A stretch of 64,000 bases of DNA from NCBI GenBank assembly GCA_015222055.1, contig JADFUR010000066.1, positions 7,933 through 71,932 of the forward strand, read 5' to 3'. The notes beneath the pieces were generated by a model, which made no database searches, was not told the DNA's origin, and worked only from the letters and a program-made list of their open reading frames with translations. Positions 10,225 through 20,051 of this stretch are shown piece after piece. Source of the DNA: Bacteroidota bacterium (lineage in GTDB: Bacteria; Bacteroidota; Bacteroidia; Bacteroidales; B39-G9). Both the position numbers and the translations under genes were made by a program. How positions within the stretch are numbered: position 1 is the stretch's first letter; every line of letters begins with the position of its first letter.

Positions 10225-11349
10225 TTAATGCTTAATGTATAACACTAAATTAGAATTAGTATATTTTGCGGTAGAAGGATCACTTTTTAATATCATATAA
10301 GTTCCCATATCATCATCCCCTTCTTGATATTTTGATTGAATAGACAATTCTTTGCTAAGAGTGACAATTCCAGCCAATGTAATAGCTGCTTTAATTTTAA
10401 TACTGCCCGTTATAGTTATATTATTATCTTTTTCATAACATTTAACATACAACCTACTATCATTAGAAGGCCAACTACAAAATTTATGATTATATGTTTT
10501 ATATACCTCATCAACTTTGCTTCTTGTAGGGTGCGAATACAATTGTCCATAAGGATATTGTGAATTGTCGCTATGTATGTCTATGTATATTTCAGGCTTT
10601 CCATAAAACCATGGTTCATAATTACTTAAATCATTAAATTTTAATTTAATTAAATATAAAGAGTTAGGAATATAATCAAAGTTATCATAAACACCTGTAG
10701 CACCACCACTACCATCATCAGGAGGAAGAGCCATATCTTTCAATTTTCCATTTTCATCAATTCTTTCGCAGCGACCAAGAACTATAACAGGAAAATCAGG
10801 TGCTTTGTCTAAACTAAGCCAAACAACATTACCATCTTGGTCAAATGCTTTAATTTTGGTAAACGTTTTCTCATCAAAATTAGCAGGTATGTAAGTAACC
10901 AAAGGAACATAATTTTTTGTATCCCATTTGTCGCAATTAACAGGTACAGATATTTGAAAATCCGGAATATTATTTACCATTTGTTCCAAATTATCTTGAG
11001 CTTCATTTTCGCTTTTTTGCTCTTTTTGGCTTATGCTCTTAACAAAAAAGTCGTTAATGCTCACACTATTACTGCTTTTCAATTGACGTCTTGCTATTCG
11101 TTCGTAAAGAACATCATAATCACCATCAAATTGCTTATCCGCTTCTTGTTTTATCAATTCGCGAAATTCTTCGTTTTTCACAGCATCTACAACAAGAAGT
11201 GCCATTTTTTCTAATGCAACATTTCTTTGAGTGATTGCATCACTATTTTCTGTTTCCCTATTAACAGGATTAATCTCTTCGTTTTTATTACAACTTGAGA
11301 TAATTAAAACTGTCAGCAAACAGAAAAATAATTTATTAATTTTTCTCAT
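10225..11349 (-). CDS. Uncharacterised lipoprotein, DUF3103-like
   Basis: Lipobox ISSC. N-terminal domain FDGDYDVL...AFDQDGNVVWLSLDKAPDFPVIV, linker PPDDGSGGATG, and C-terminal EPWFYGKPEIY resembling the DUF3103 EPWxxGxxEIY motif. Confidence 0.6.
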   Translation of the reverse strand: MRKINKLFFCLLTVLIISSCNKNEEINPVNRETENSDAITQRNVALEKMALLVVDAVKNEEFRELIKQEADKQFDGDYDVLYERIARRQLKSSNSVSINDFFVKSISQKEQKSENEAQDNLEQMVNNIPDFQISVPVNCDKWDTKNYVPLVTYIPANFDEKTFTKIKAFDQDGNVVWLSLDKAPDFPVIVLGRCERIDENGKLKDMALPPDDGSGGATGVYDNFDYIPNSLYLIKLKFNDLSNYEPWFYGKPEIYIDIHSDNSQYPYGQLYSHPTRSKVDEVYKTYNHKFCSWPSNDSRLYVKCYEKDNNITITGSIKIKAAITLAGIVTLSKELSIQSKYQEGDDDMGTYMILKSDPSTAKYTNSNLVLYIKH

Positions 11350-11490
11350 TTTAAATTAATTTTAAGTTAATAAAATAGTTATCAGAAATCTTTTCGGCCA
11401 AAAAGAAATTTCATAACAAAAGAATGAAAAAAAAGTATTCTTTCAATATTCGTTAAACGACAAAAAACCAAGAGGTTAAAAGTAGTTCAT

Positions 11491-11519
11491 AAACGGTACG
11501 TTTTAAGTCGCAATCGGTA
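11491..11519 (-). promoter_or_regulatory. Candidate LytTR binding direct repeat TACCGATT-N13-TACCGTTT
   Basis: aaacggta at 11491 and aatcggta at 11512 (21-bp period), about 140 bp upstream of the lipoprotein start and next to a LytTR gene. Confidence 0.55.
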
Positions 11520-11910
11520 AAAATCGAGACCTAATCGATTCGGAAAACCCTAATTGCCTGACGTAGTGAATTTTACCCCCCCCATTTTTATTGTATGAAT
11601 TTAATAATTTTATTAATTTCGGTTTTTGCCTTCTCGAAACTTTAATTTCTTTATTATTTTGAAAAATTATTTTTAATTCTCCGGGTAAAAACTTTTTTAT
11701 ATAGCAAATGTTTATCAGATGGGATTTATGGCAACGAAAAAAATTCTTGCCAAGAGATTCGCTAATTTGTTTTAAACTCTTATTAATTGAATAACTATTA
11801 TCTCCTTCACAAAAAATCTCGGAAAGATGATCTTTTACTGTGCAATAAATAATTTTGCCTGTGTCAATACTATAATAGTTACCAAATGAATTTATAAATT
11901 TATGGTGCAT
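11503..11910 (-). CDS. Stand-alone LytTR DNA-binding protein (no receiver domain)
   Basis: IIYC..KDHLSEIF, SLKQISESL, FFRCHKSHLIN, IKVSRRQK motifs. Confidence 0.85.
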   Translation of the reverse strand: MHHKFINSFGNYYSIDTGKIIYCTVKDHLSEIFCEGDNSYSINKSLKQISESLGKNFFRCHKSHLINICYIKKFLPGELKIIFQNNKEIKVSRRQKPKLIKLLNSYNKNGGGKIHYVRQLGFSESIRSRFLPIAT

Positions 11911-12165
11911 GCTTATTAAACTTTTATTAATTTTTTAAACTTCAAACAAATTGAAGGCAAAAAAATGAGAAAATCAAATTTTTTTGGCTTTTAGCAATAT
12001 GTTTAAAAACAGTTTTTGATAAAAATTTAGAATCAAATAAAAATCAATAAAAAAATTTATAAAACACTTAATAATACTTTAGATTTGCATCTTATTTTTA
12101 GTTTTTTGATTATTCAAAAATCATTTGTACTTTAGTTTCAATTTAAATCCCCAAAAAACATAATT

Positions 12166-12780
12166 ATGCACATTGCAATTGCAGGTAATATTGGTTCAGG
12201 AAAAACCACACTAACAAGATTGTTATCAAAACATTACAACTGGGAAGCCCGTTACGAAGATGTTGATGAAAATCCTTATTTAAATGATTTTTATGAAGAT
12301 ATGCAACGATGGTCGTTTAATCTTCAAATATATTTTCTTAACAGTCGTTTTAATCAAATTCTAGAAATAAGAAAGTCAGGGAAAACAGTTATTCAAGACC
12401 GTACAATATATGAAGACGCACATATTTTTGCTCCCAACTTGCACTCAATGGGCTTAATGACAAGTCGTGATTTTAATAATTATTCATCTCTGTTTCAATT
12501 AATGTGTTCTTTGGTAAAGCCTCCCGATTTATTGATATATCTTCGAGCTACAGTGCCTACCTTAGTCAGTCAAATTCAAAAAAGAGGCAGGGAATATGAG
12601 AATTCTATTCGTCTCGATTATCTTAAAAGATTAAACGAAAGATACGAAGCCTGGATAAGTTCTTATAATCTTAGTAAATTATTAATTGTTGATGTCGATA
12701 ATCGTAATTTCATTGACAAACCTGAAGATTTAAGTTCTATTATTGATAAAATTGATGCTGAAATTCACGGTCTTTTTTAA
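12166..12780 (+). CDS. Deoxynucleoside kinase
   Basis: P-loop GNIGSGKTT, DRTIYED, RGREYE. Confidence 0.95.
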   Translation: MHIAIAGNIGSGKTTLTRLLSKHYNWEARYEDVDENPYLNDFYEDMQRWSFNLQIYFLNSRFNQILEIRKSGKTVIQDRTIYEDAHIFAPNLHSMGLMTSRDFNNYSSLFQLMCSLVKPPDLLIYLRATVPTLVSQIQKRGREYENSIRLDYLKRLNERYEAWISSYNLSKLLIVDVDNRNFIDKPEDLSSIIDKIDAEIHGLF

Positions 12781-12902
12781 TTTTTTTATAATCAAGCATC
12801 AACATACTTTTCTGAGAGTATTAATAAGTTAAGTAATTAATTTTTGCTGAATTTGTTGTATTAAGTTAATTTTGTAATTTTTATCGTTATATACAATTAT
12901 AG

Positions 12903-14723
12903 ATGAATATTAAATCGACCAATACTCTAACATCAAAAATAAGGCTTTACTCATTTATTGCTATAATATTATTTACGGCATCGTGTGCTAAAATTGTTAT
13001 GCCTACAGGTGGCAAAAAAGACATCACACCTCCACAAATTTTAAAAAGCTCTCCAGAAAATTTTTCTGTTAATTTTAAAGAAAAAAAAATTTATGTCAAA
13101 TTCGATGAGTTTTTCCAATTAAAAAATCTAAATAAGGAATTATTGGTTTCTCCACCATTAAAGGAGCAACCCAAAATTAGAGTAGCCGGGAAAAACCTTA
13201 TTATTGAAATAAGCGACACCTTAAAAGAAAACACAAGCTATAACATTAATTTTCATGAGGCTATTTCAGATTTAAACGAAAATAATATTTTGGAAAACTA
13301 TCAATATTGCTTCTCAACAGGCGATTATATTGATTCCCTTTATGTTGACGGACTTGTTTTAGATGCTTTCAGCTTAGAACCTAAAGAATTTGTTAAAATA
13401 ATGTTGTATGAAAATTACAGTGACTCAACACCATATAAAAAAATTCCTGATTTTGTTTCGCAATCAAATAAAAACGGACAGTTTTCAATTAACAATATAA
13501 AACCCGGCAATTACCATATGTTTGCTTTAAACGATGCAAACAACAATCTTTTATTTGACCAGCCAAGTGAAGAAATTGCATTTATCGATTCGTTAATAAC
13601 ACCCAATTTGGAAAAAGTCGAGCTTATTGATACTCTTAAAATTATTGAAGCAATTGTTGAAAACGACACAACATATAAAGATTCGATTGTTAGGCATACA
13701 GAATTTGTTTCAACAATAAAAAATCTTGAATTAAATATGTTTCAAGAAGATTATAAGAAGCAATATATTACTGAAAGCAAAAGAGATAAAAAAGAAATAT
13801 GCACTTTTATATTCAATAAACCGTCAGACAAAAAATGTGAAATTTCTCCACTTAATTTCGACACAAAATCTGAAAAATGGAATATTATAGAAAAGAACAT
13901 TACTAATGACACAATAATTTGTTGGCTCATTGATTCAACAATTTACAAAAGAGACAGCCTTATTTTTGAATGCAAATACAACAAAAAAAATATTTTAATG
14001 CAAGATTCTCTTATTACAGACACCTTAATTTTTGCTTACATTGAAAAAGAAAAACCAAGAAAAAAAAGGAAACGGAAAGATAAAAAAGCTGAAGAACCAA
14101 AAAAAGAAATTTTTTTAAACATCGTTTCTAACATAAAAAGTGCATTTGACTTAAACAAAAATATTGTTTTAACAACACCATCGCCTGTTAAAAATTACGA
14201 TTCAACAAAAATCCAATTATTTTTAATAGCCGATTCTACAGAAACACTTCAAGCAACAAAATTCTCAAAGGATTCAATTTTTTTGCGAAAATTCAGCATA
14301 ACCAACAAATGGGAAGAAGAAACAACGTATAAATTAATAATCTATCCTAAAGCATTTACCGACATATACAATTATGCGAACGACACAACTATTATAAATT
14401 TCAAAACTAGGGAGACTGATTATTATGGCAACATTAAATTAGAGATTACAAATATCAGCACAAATTCAATTATTCAGCTGTTAAATGATAAAGAAAAATT
14501 ATTACGACAATATTTCATATCAAACGACACAACTTTAAACATAAATTATCTTTATCCAAAAAAATATATTATTAAATTAATTTCTGACAAAAACAATAAT
14601 AAAAAATGGGATAGCGGTAATTTATTAAAAAATAATCAACCCGAAAAAATCTATTATTACAAAGACGCAATAGAAATTAAATCAAACTGGGATAATGAAA
14701 TAGGATGGGATATTGACAAATAA
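12903..14723 (+). CDS. Conserved Bacteroidota lipoprotein with an Ig-like (Big_5) domain
   Basis: ASCAKIVMPTGGKKDITPP, FSTGDYIDSL, DKNNNKKWDSGN..QPE. Confidence 0.8.
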   Translation: MNIKSTNTLTSKIRLYSFIAIILFTASCAKIVMPTGGKKDITPPQILKSSPENFSVNFKEKKIYVKFDEFFQLKNLNKELLVSPPLKEQPKIRVAGKNLIIEISDTLKENTSYNINFHEAISDLNENNILENYQYCFSTGDYIDSLYVDGLVLDAFSLEPKEFVKIMLYENYSDSTPYKKIPDFVSQSNKNGQFSINNIKPGNYHMFALNDANNNLLFDQPSEEIAFIDSLITPNLEKVELIDTLKIIEAIVENDTTYKDSIVRHTEFVSTIKNLELNMFQEDYKKQYITESKRDKKEICTFIFNKPSDKKCEISPLNFDTKSEKWNIIEKNITNDTIICWLIDSTIYKRDSLIFECKYNKKNILMQDSLITDTLIFAYIEKEKPRKKRKRKDKKAEEPKKEIFLNIVSNIKSAFDLNKNIVLTTPSPVKNYDSTKIQLFLIADSTETLQATKFSKDSIFLRKFSITNKWEEETTYKLIIYPKAFTDIYNYANDTTIINFKTRETDYYGNIKLEITNISTNSIIQLLNDKEKLLRQYFISNDTTLNINYLYPKKYIIKLISDKNNNKKWDSGNLLKNNQPEKIYYYKDAIEIKSNWDNEIGWDIDK

Positions 14724-14915
14724 AAACATTAAATTCGAAAAATTATTTTTTCCATTTTATAAATATAAAAATGCAACAATTATTTACAAAAGAACACCCA
14801 CCACCGTTTTTGTTATAAATTACGAAAGCATATCTTATTACACATTTTATATTTTAAAATAAATATCATACTTTTACAACTAATTTTTTTACAAAAAATT
14901 TGATTTTCTAATATC

Positions 14916-16310
14916 ATGAATGAAAAACAAAAAACCATAAAAAGCCCTATTTCTGTTGAAGGTAACGGTTTACATACAGGAATACATGTTAAATTAACAT
15001 TTAAACCTGCTCCCGAAAATTTTGGATACAAATTTCAACGTATAGATTTAGAAGACAAGCCTGTTATACAGGCAGTTGCTGAATATGTTGTTAGCACCTC
15101 AAGGGGTACAACAATTGAAAAAAACGGAGTTCAAATTGCAACCATCGAGCATGTTTTATCAGCCGTTTATGGTTTAGGCATTGACAACATACTTATTGAA
15201 ATTGATGGTCCTGAAATTCCAATAATGAATGGCAGTTCAATACGATTTGTTGACGCTTTAAAAGAAGCTGAAATTGTAGACCAAAAAGCTGAAAAAAATT
15301 ATTTCGAAATAAAAGAAGAAATTCGCTATTGTGATGAAGATAGAAATTCTGAAATTGTTATTTTTCCCGACGACCATCTAAACCTTAATGTGCTTGTTGA
15401 TTACGATTCTTATTTTTTAGGAAATCAATATGCTCTTTTAGACAATATCGACAATTATGAAAAAGAGATATCTCCATGCAGAACATTTGTTTTCTTTAAT
15501 GAATTAGTACCATTGCTAAACAAAAATTTAATTAAAGGTGGTGATTTAGACAATGCTATTGTTATAATGAATAAAGATGTTGAGCAAGACAAAATTGACC
15601 AAATTGCAAAACTCTTTAATAAAAAAAGTGTTAAACCTCATCCTAACGGAATATTAAATAATATTGATTTACGATTCAGCAATGAGCCTGCTCGACACAA
15701 ACTACTTGATTTAATTGGAGACTTATCATTAATTGGAAGACCTATTAAAGGAAAAATCGTTGCAACACGCCCCGGCCATTCAGTAAACACAAAATTTGCT
15801 AAACAAATACGTCATTTTATCAGAATTGCAGAAAAAAGAGGTATAGCACCAGACTATGACCCAAATGAAAAACCTTTGCTTGATATTAATCAAATAAAAA
15901 AATTATTACCACATCGTTACCCATTTCTTTTAGTTGATAAAATTTTAAGAGCAGACGAAACCTCAATTATTGGATTAAAAAATGTATCGATGAACGAACC
16001 GTTTTTTACCGGTCATTTTCCTGACGAACCAATAATGCCTGGCGTACTTCAGATTGAAGCAATGGCACAGGTTGGTGGAATTTTAATTTTAAATTCGGTT
16101 CCTGATCCAAAAAAATATTCAACTTACTTTTTAAAAATTGACGATGTTAAATTTAAACACAAAATTGTTCCCGGCGACACCATCGTATTTAAATTAGTAT
16201 TTGTTGAACCTGTTAGAAGGGGTTTGGCACATATGAGAGGACAAGCATTTGTGGGAAAAACTCTAGCTATGGAAGCCGATTTGTTAGCACAAATAGTTAA
16301 AAATAAATAA
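14916..16310 (+). CDS. lpxC/fabZ: Bifunctional UDP-3-O-acyl-GlcNAc deacetylase / 3-hydroxyacyl-ACP dehydratase
   Basis: GNGLHTG, TIEHVLSA and HKLLDLIGD (LpxC); LPHRYPFLLVD and GHFPDEPIMPGVLQIEAMAQ (FabZ). Confidence 0.97.
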   Translation: MNEKQKTIKSPISVEGNGLHTGIHVKLTFKPAPENFGYKFQRIDLEDKPVIQAVAEYVVSTSRGTTIEKNGVQIATIEHVLSAVYGLGIDNILIEIDGPEIPIMNGSSIRFVDALKEAEIVDQKAEKNYFEIKEEIRYCDEDRNSEIVIFPDDHLNLNVLVDYDSYFLGNQYALLDNIDNYEKEISPCRTFVFFNELVPLLNKNLIKGGDLDNAIVIMNKDVEQDKIDQIAKLFNKKSVKPHPNGILNNIDLRFSNEPARHKLLDLIGDLSLIGRPIKGKIVATRPGHSVNTKFAKQIRHFIRIAEKRGIAPDYDPNEKPLLDINQIKKLLPHRYPFLLVDKILRADETSIIGLKNVSMNEPFFTGHFPDEPIMPGVLQIEAMAQVGGILILNSVPDPKKYSTYFLKIDDVKFKHKIVPGDTIVFKLVFVEPVRRGLAHMRGQAFVGKTLAMEADLLAQIVKNK

Positions 16311-16321
16311 AAACAAATAAA

Positions 16322-17104
16322 GTGAAACAAGCACTATCATATATTCATCCTGAAGCAAAAATTGCTTCAAACGTTACAATAAGCCCATTTGTGACAATTG
16401 AAAAAAATGTTGAAATTGGTGAAGGAACTTGGATTGGTCCTAATGTAACAATTTTTGAGGGGGCTCATATTGGAAAAAACTGTAAAATTTTTCCCGGTGC
16501 TGTTATCGCAGCTATTCCTCAAGACCTTAAATTTAATGGAGAAATTACTACTGTAAAAATTGGAGACAACACAACCATTCGAGAGTGTGTTACTATTAAT
16601 AGAGGAACAGTTGCCGCAAACGAAACTTCTGTTGGAAACAATTGTCTGTTAATGGCTTATGTTCATATAGCTCACGACTGTGTTATTGGTAATAATTGTA
16701 TTCTTGCGAATGTCGTTCAGGTTGCCGGTGAAGTAAAAATTAACGACTGGGCAATTATAGGTGGTACAGCCGCAATTCATCAATTTGTTCATATTGGGGC
16801 TCATGTCATGATTTCTGGTGGCAGCTTAGTTCGTAAAGACGTACCTCCTTATGTTACAGCAGCTCACGAGCCCTTGTGTTATGTCGGAGTCAACGCTATT
16901 GGTTTAAGACGACGCAAATTTACGGTTGATCAAGTTCGTGATATTCAAGAAATTTATAGGATTATATATCAAAAAGGCCACAATAACGCTCATGCTCTTG
17001 AAATTATTGAAACGGAAATCCCTTCTTCAGTGCAAAGAGATGAAATAATTCAATTTATTAGAAACTCGAAACGGGGCATTATGAAAGGATACGAAACCAA
17101 ATAA
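16322..17104 (+). CDS. lpxA: UDP-N-acetylglucosamine acyltransferase
   Basis: Hexapeptide repeats, PQDLKF, IRECVTINRGT, HIAHDC; GTG start. Confidence 0.97.
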   Translation: MKQALSYIHPEAKIASNVTISPFVTIEKNVEIGEGTWIGPNVTIFEGAHIGKNCKIFPGAVIAAIPQDLKFNGEITTVKIGDNTTIRECVTINRGTVAANETSVGNNCLLMAYVHIAHDCVIGNNCILANVVQVAGEVKINDWAIIGGTAAIHQFVHIGAHVMISGGSLVRKDVPPYVTAAHEPLCYVGVNAIGLRRRKFTVDQVRDIQEIYRIIYQKGHNNAHALEIIETEIPSSVQRDEIIQFIRNSKRGIMKGYETK

Positions 17105-17130
17105 ATTATATTTAGAATATTTATAAAAAT

Positions 17131-17158
17131 AAAACCGTCTGTTTTTCAGGCGGTTTTA
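17131..17158. terminator. Bidirectional intrinsic terminator between lpxA and thiL
   Basis: aaaaccgtctg-tttt-caggcggtttt hairpin between convergent genes. Confidence 0.7.
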
Positions 17159-17215
17159 TTTTTCATTACTAACATCCTCGATTAAAATCAGAGGCTAATT
17201 TTATTTCATTTTTAA

Positions 17216-18256
17216 CTAACTTTCTTCCATCGCATTCCACCCCTGTGCAGTTATCGGAATATCTTTATTATCATTAGTAATTAAATTCACACCATCGCCT
17301 TCTTTGGTAATATGACCAATTATAGATATATTTTGTAAATTTTTAATCTTCTCATAATCATTAATCGAAACAGTAAATAAAAGCTCATAATCTTCACCGC
17401 CATTTAATGCACAAACAACCGGGTTAATATTTAACTCAAGAGCCATGTCTTTTGTTTGTTGATTTATTGGTATTTTTTCTTCATAAATGCTACAACCAAC
17501 CATAGAATCTTTACAAATATGCAAAACTTCTGAAGATAAGCCATCAGAAATATCAATCATTGATGTTGGACAAATATTATTATCTTTTAACAGCTTAACA
17601 ATATCTCTTCTTGCTTCGGGTTTTAGTTGACGCTCAAGTATGTAATCATATTTATCAAGCTGAGGTTTAAAATTCGGGTCTGTTTTAAAAACCTGCTTTT
17701 CTCTTTCTAATAATTGCAAGCCCATATATGCACCACCCAAATCGCCTGAAACACAAACTATATCGTTAACTTTTGCAGTATTTCTATAAACAATATTTTC
17801 ATCATCACATTCTCCTATGGCAGTAATACTTAATGTCAATCCTGTTATTGATGAAGAAGTGTCTCCCCCAACAAAATCAACATTATAATTCTCACATGCT
17901 AAACGAATACCTGAATATAACTCTTCAATAGCTTTTAGGGTAAATTTACTCGACAATGCAATTGCAACTATAATTTGTTTTGGCTGAGCATTCATTGCAT
18001 ACACATCGGAAAAATTTACGACTGCTGCTTTATATCCCAAATGCTTTAATGGTGTATATGTGAGATCAAAATGAATACCTTCGACTAACAAATCGGTTGT
18101 AACAACAATTTTCTTGTTCTGATAATCTAATACAGCGGCATCGTCTCCAATACCTTTAAATGTTGATTTGTTTTTAATTTCAATATCTTTTGTCAAATGG
18201 CTTATCAAACCAAATTCACCTAATTCAGATATTGTTCTTATTTTATCGTCGCTCAT
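17216..18256 (-). CDS. thiL: Thiamine-monophosphate kinase
   Basis: GEFGLI, GIGDDAAV, NFSDVYAM, IDISDGL, GGEDYELLFT. Confidence 0.96.
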   Translation of the reverse strand: MSDDKIRTISELGEFGLISHLTKDIEIKNKSTFKGIGDDAAVLDYQNKKIVVTTDLLVEGIHFDLTYTPLKHLGYKAAVVNFSDVYAMNAQPKQIIVAIALSSKFTLKAIEELYSGIRLACENYNVDFVGGDTSSSITGLTLSITAIGECDDENIVYRNTAKVNDIVCVSGDLGGAYMGLQLLEREKQVFKTDPNFKPQLDKYDYILERQLKPEARRDIVKLLKDNNICPTSMIDISDGLSSEVLHICKDSMVGCSIYEEKIPINQQTKDMALELNINPVVCALNGGEDYELLFTVSINDYEKIKNLQNISIIGHITKEGDGVNLITNDNKDIPITAQGWNAMEES

Positions 18257-18455
18257 TTAATATTAATTTTGACTGCAAAAATACAACAAACAAACAAAAA
18301 ACACATATGAATGAATATGTTTTTGCATCATTCAATAAGTCATCCTTTCTGCTGTTTATTTTATTTGCAATATTTAAAACAAAACAAAAAACATTTCGTA
18401 TTAAATAATACGATTTTTACAAGATTTACCTTAATGGAAAACAAAAATTTATCTA

Positions 18456-18463
18456 TATATTTG
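18456..18463 (+). promoter_or_regulatory. Bacteroidota -7 promoter element (TATATTTG) of the suf operon
   Basis: Matches TAnnTTTG, about 40 nt upstream of sufB. Confidence 0.55.
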
Positions 18464-18499
18464 CATATCTAAACAATAAATATAAACAAGCACATTTTT

Positions 18500-19948
18500 A
18501 TGTCTGAGAAAGAAAAAAATATCATTAGCGAAGTCACAAACAGCGATTATAAATACGGTTTTGTAACTGATATTGAAAACGATATAATTCCTAAGGGATT
18601 AAACGAAGAAGTTATTCGATTGATTTCTGCAAAAAAGAACGAACCTCAATTTTTATTAGATTTTCGTTTAAAAGCTTATAATCAATTACTAAAAATGGAG
18701 ATTCCAAATTGGGCACATTTAAAGTTACCAAAAATTGATTTACAAGACATAATATATTATTCTGCCCCAAAAGAACTAAACCCTGATAAAAAATTTGAAG
18801 ATATTGATCCTGAATTAGTAAAAACATTTAACAAACTGGGTATTCCTTTAGAAGAACAAAAAATATTATCGGGCGTTGCTGTTGATGCAATTATTGATAG
18901 TATGTCTATAAAAACCACTTTCAAAGAATCTCTGGCAGAACGAGGAGTAATTTTTTGCTCATTTAGTGATGCCGTAAAAGAACATCCTGATTTGATTCGA
19001 AAATATATGGGCTCTGTTGTCTCATATAACGACAATTATTTTGCCGCTTTGAATTCAGCAGTATTTAGCGATGGGTCATTTTGTTATATTCCTAAAGGTG
19101 TAAGATGCCCTATGGAATTATCAACTTACTTCAGAATAAACGCTGCCAACACAGGTCAATTTGAAAGAACACTGATTATTGCCGATGACGATAGCTATGT
19201 AAGTTATCTTGAAGGATGCACAGCACCACAAAGAGACGAGCATCAATTACATGCTGCAATTGTAGAAATTGTTGTTAACACTAATGCAGAAGTAAAATAT
19301 TCAACTGTTCAAAACTGGTATCCGGGCGACAAACAAGGCAAAGGCGGAATTTTAAATTTCGTTACTAAACGTGGCATTTGCAACGGCGACAATGCAAAAC
19401 TATCATGGAATCAGGTTGAGACAGGATCAGCAATTACTTGGAAATATCCGAGTTGTATTTTAAAAGGAAATAATTCAATTGCCGAGTTTTACTCAGTTGC
19501 GGTTACTAACAATTACCAACAAGCTGATACAGGAACAAAAATGATTCATCTTGGCAGCAACACAAAAAGCAGAGTTGTTTCAAAAGGAATATCTGCAGGA
19601 CACAGCAATAACAGTTATAGAGGACTTGTGAAAGTTGTAAAAAAAGCTAAAAATGTTCGAAATTATTCTCAATGCGATTCGTTGCTATTAGGTGATAAAT
19701 CTGGTGCACATACTTTTCCTTATATCGAAGTTAAAAACAAAACTGCTATCGTTGAACATGAAGCGACAACATCTAAAATTGGCGAAGACCAAATATTTTA
19801 TTGCAACCAAAGGGGAATTTCAACCGAAGATGCTATTGGACTTATTGTAAACGGATATGCTAAGGAGGTTTTAAACAAAATGCCAATGGAATTTGCTGTG
19901 GAAGCACAAAAACTACTTCAAATAAGTCTCGAAGGAAGTGTTGGTTAA
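18500..19948 (+). CDS. sufB: Fe-S cluster assembly protein SufB
   Basis: [48 protein letters not shown]. Confidence 0.98.
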   Translation: MSEKEKNIISEVTNSDYKYGFVTDIENDIIPKGLNEEVIRLISAKKNEPQFLLDFRLKAYNQLLKMEIPNWAHLKLPKIDLQDIIYYSAPKELNPDKKFEDIDPELVKTFNKLGIPLEEQKILSGVAVDAIIDSMSIKTTFKESLAERGVIFCSFSDAVKEHPDLIRKYMGSVVSYNDNYFAALNSAVFSDGSFCYIPKGVRCPMELSTYFRINAANTGQFERTLIIADDDSYVSYLEGCTAPQRDEHQLHAAIVEIVVNTNAEVKYSTVQNWYPGDKQGKGGILNFVTKRGICNGDNAKLSWNQVETGSAITWKYPSCILKGNNSIAEFYSVAVTNNYQQADTGTKMIHLGSNTKSRVVSKGISAGHSNNSYRGLVKVVKKAKNVRNYSQCDSLLLGDKSGAHTFPYIEVKNKTAIVEHEATTSKIGEDQIFYCNQRGISTEDAIGLIVNGYAKEVLNKMPMEFAVEAQKLLQISLEGSVG

Positions 19949-19949
19949 A

Positions 19950-20029
19950 AAAGTATAAAGTATAAAGCTCAAAGTTCAAAGTTGAGCGAAGCGAAATCCC
20001 GAGACTTCGGGATTGAAAGTTTAAAGTAA
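19950..20029 (+). repeat. Degenerate heptamer tandem repeats (AAAGT(A/T)N) interrupted by a palindrome AATCCCGA-gact-TCGGGATT
   Basis: aaagtat aaagtat aaagctc aaagttc aaagttg [31 nt containing the hairpin] aaagttt aaagtaa. Confidence 0.7.
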
Positions 20030-20051
20030 GAGATCAAAAATTAAAGGCAAA

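Noticed and set aside
14916-16310. LpxC-FabZ fusion as a novelty
   Set aside because: This fusion is the standard arrangement in Bacteroidota.
19950-20051. Possible CRISPR array
   Set aside because: The units are 7 nt and degenerate with no spacers, and there are no cas genes. No repeat-spacer array was seen anywhere in the window.
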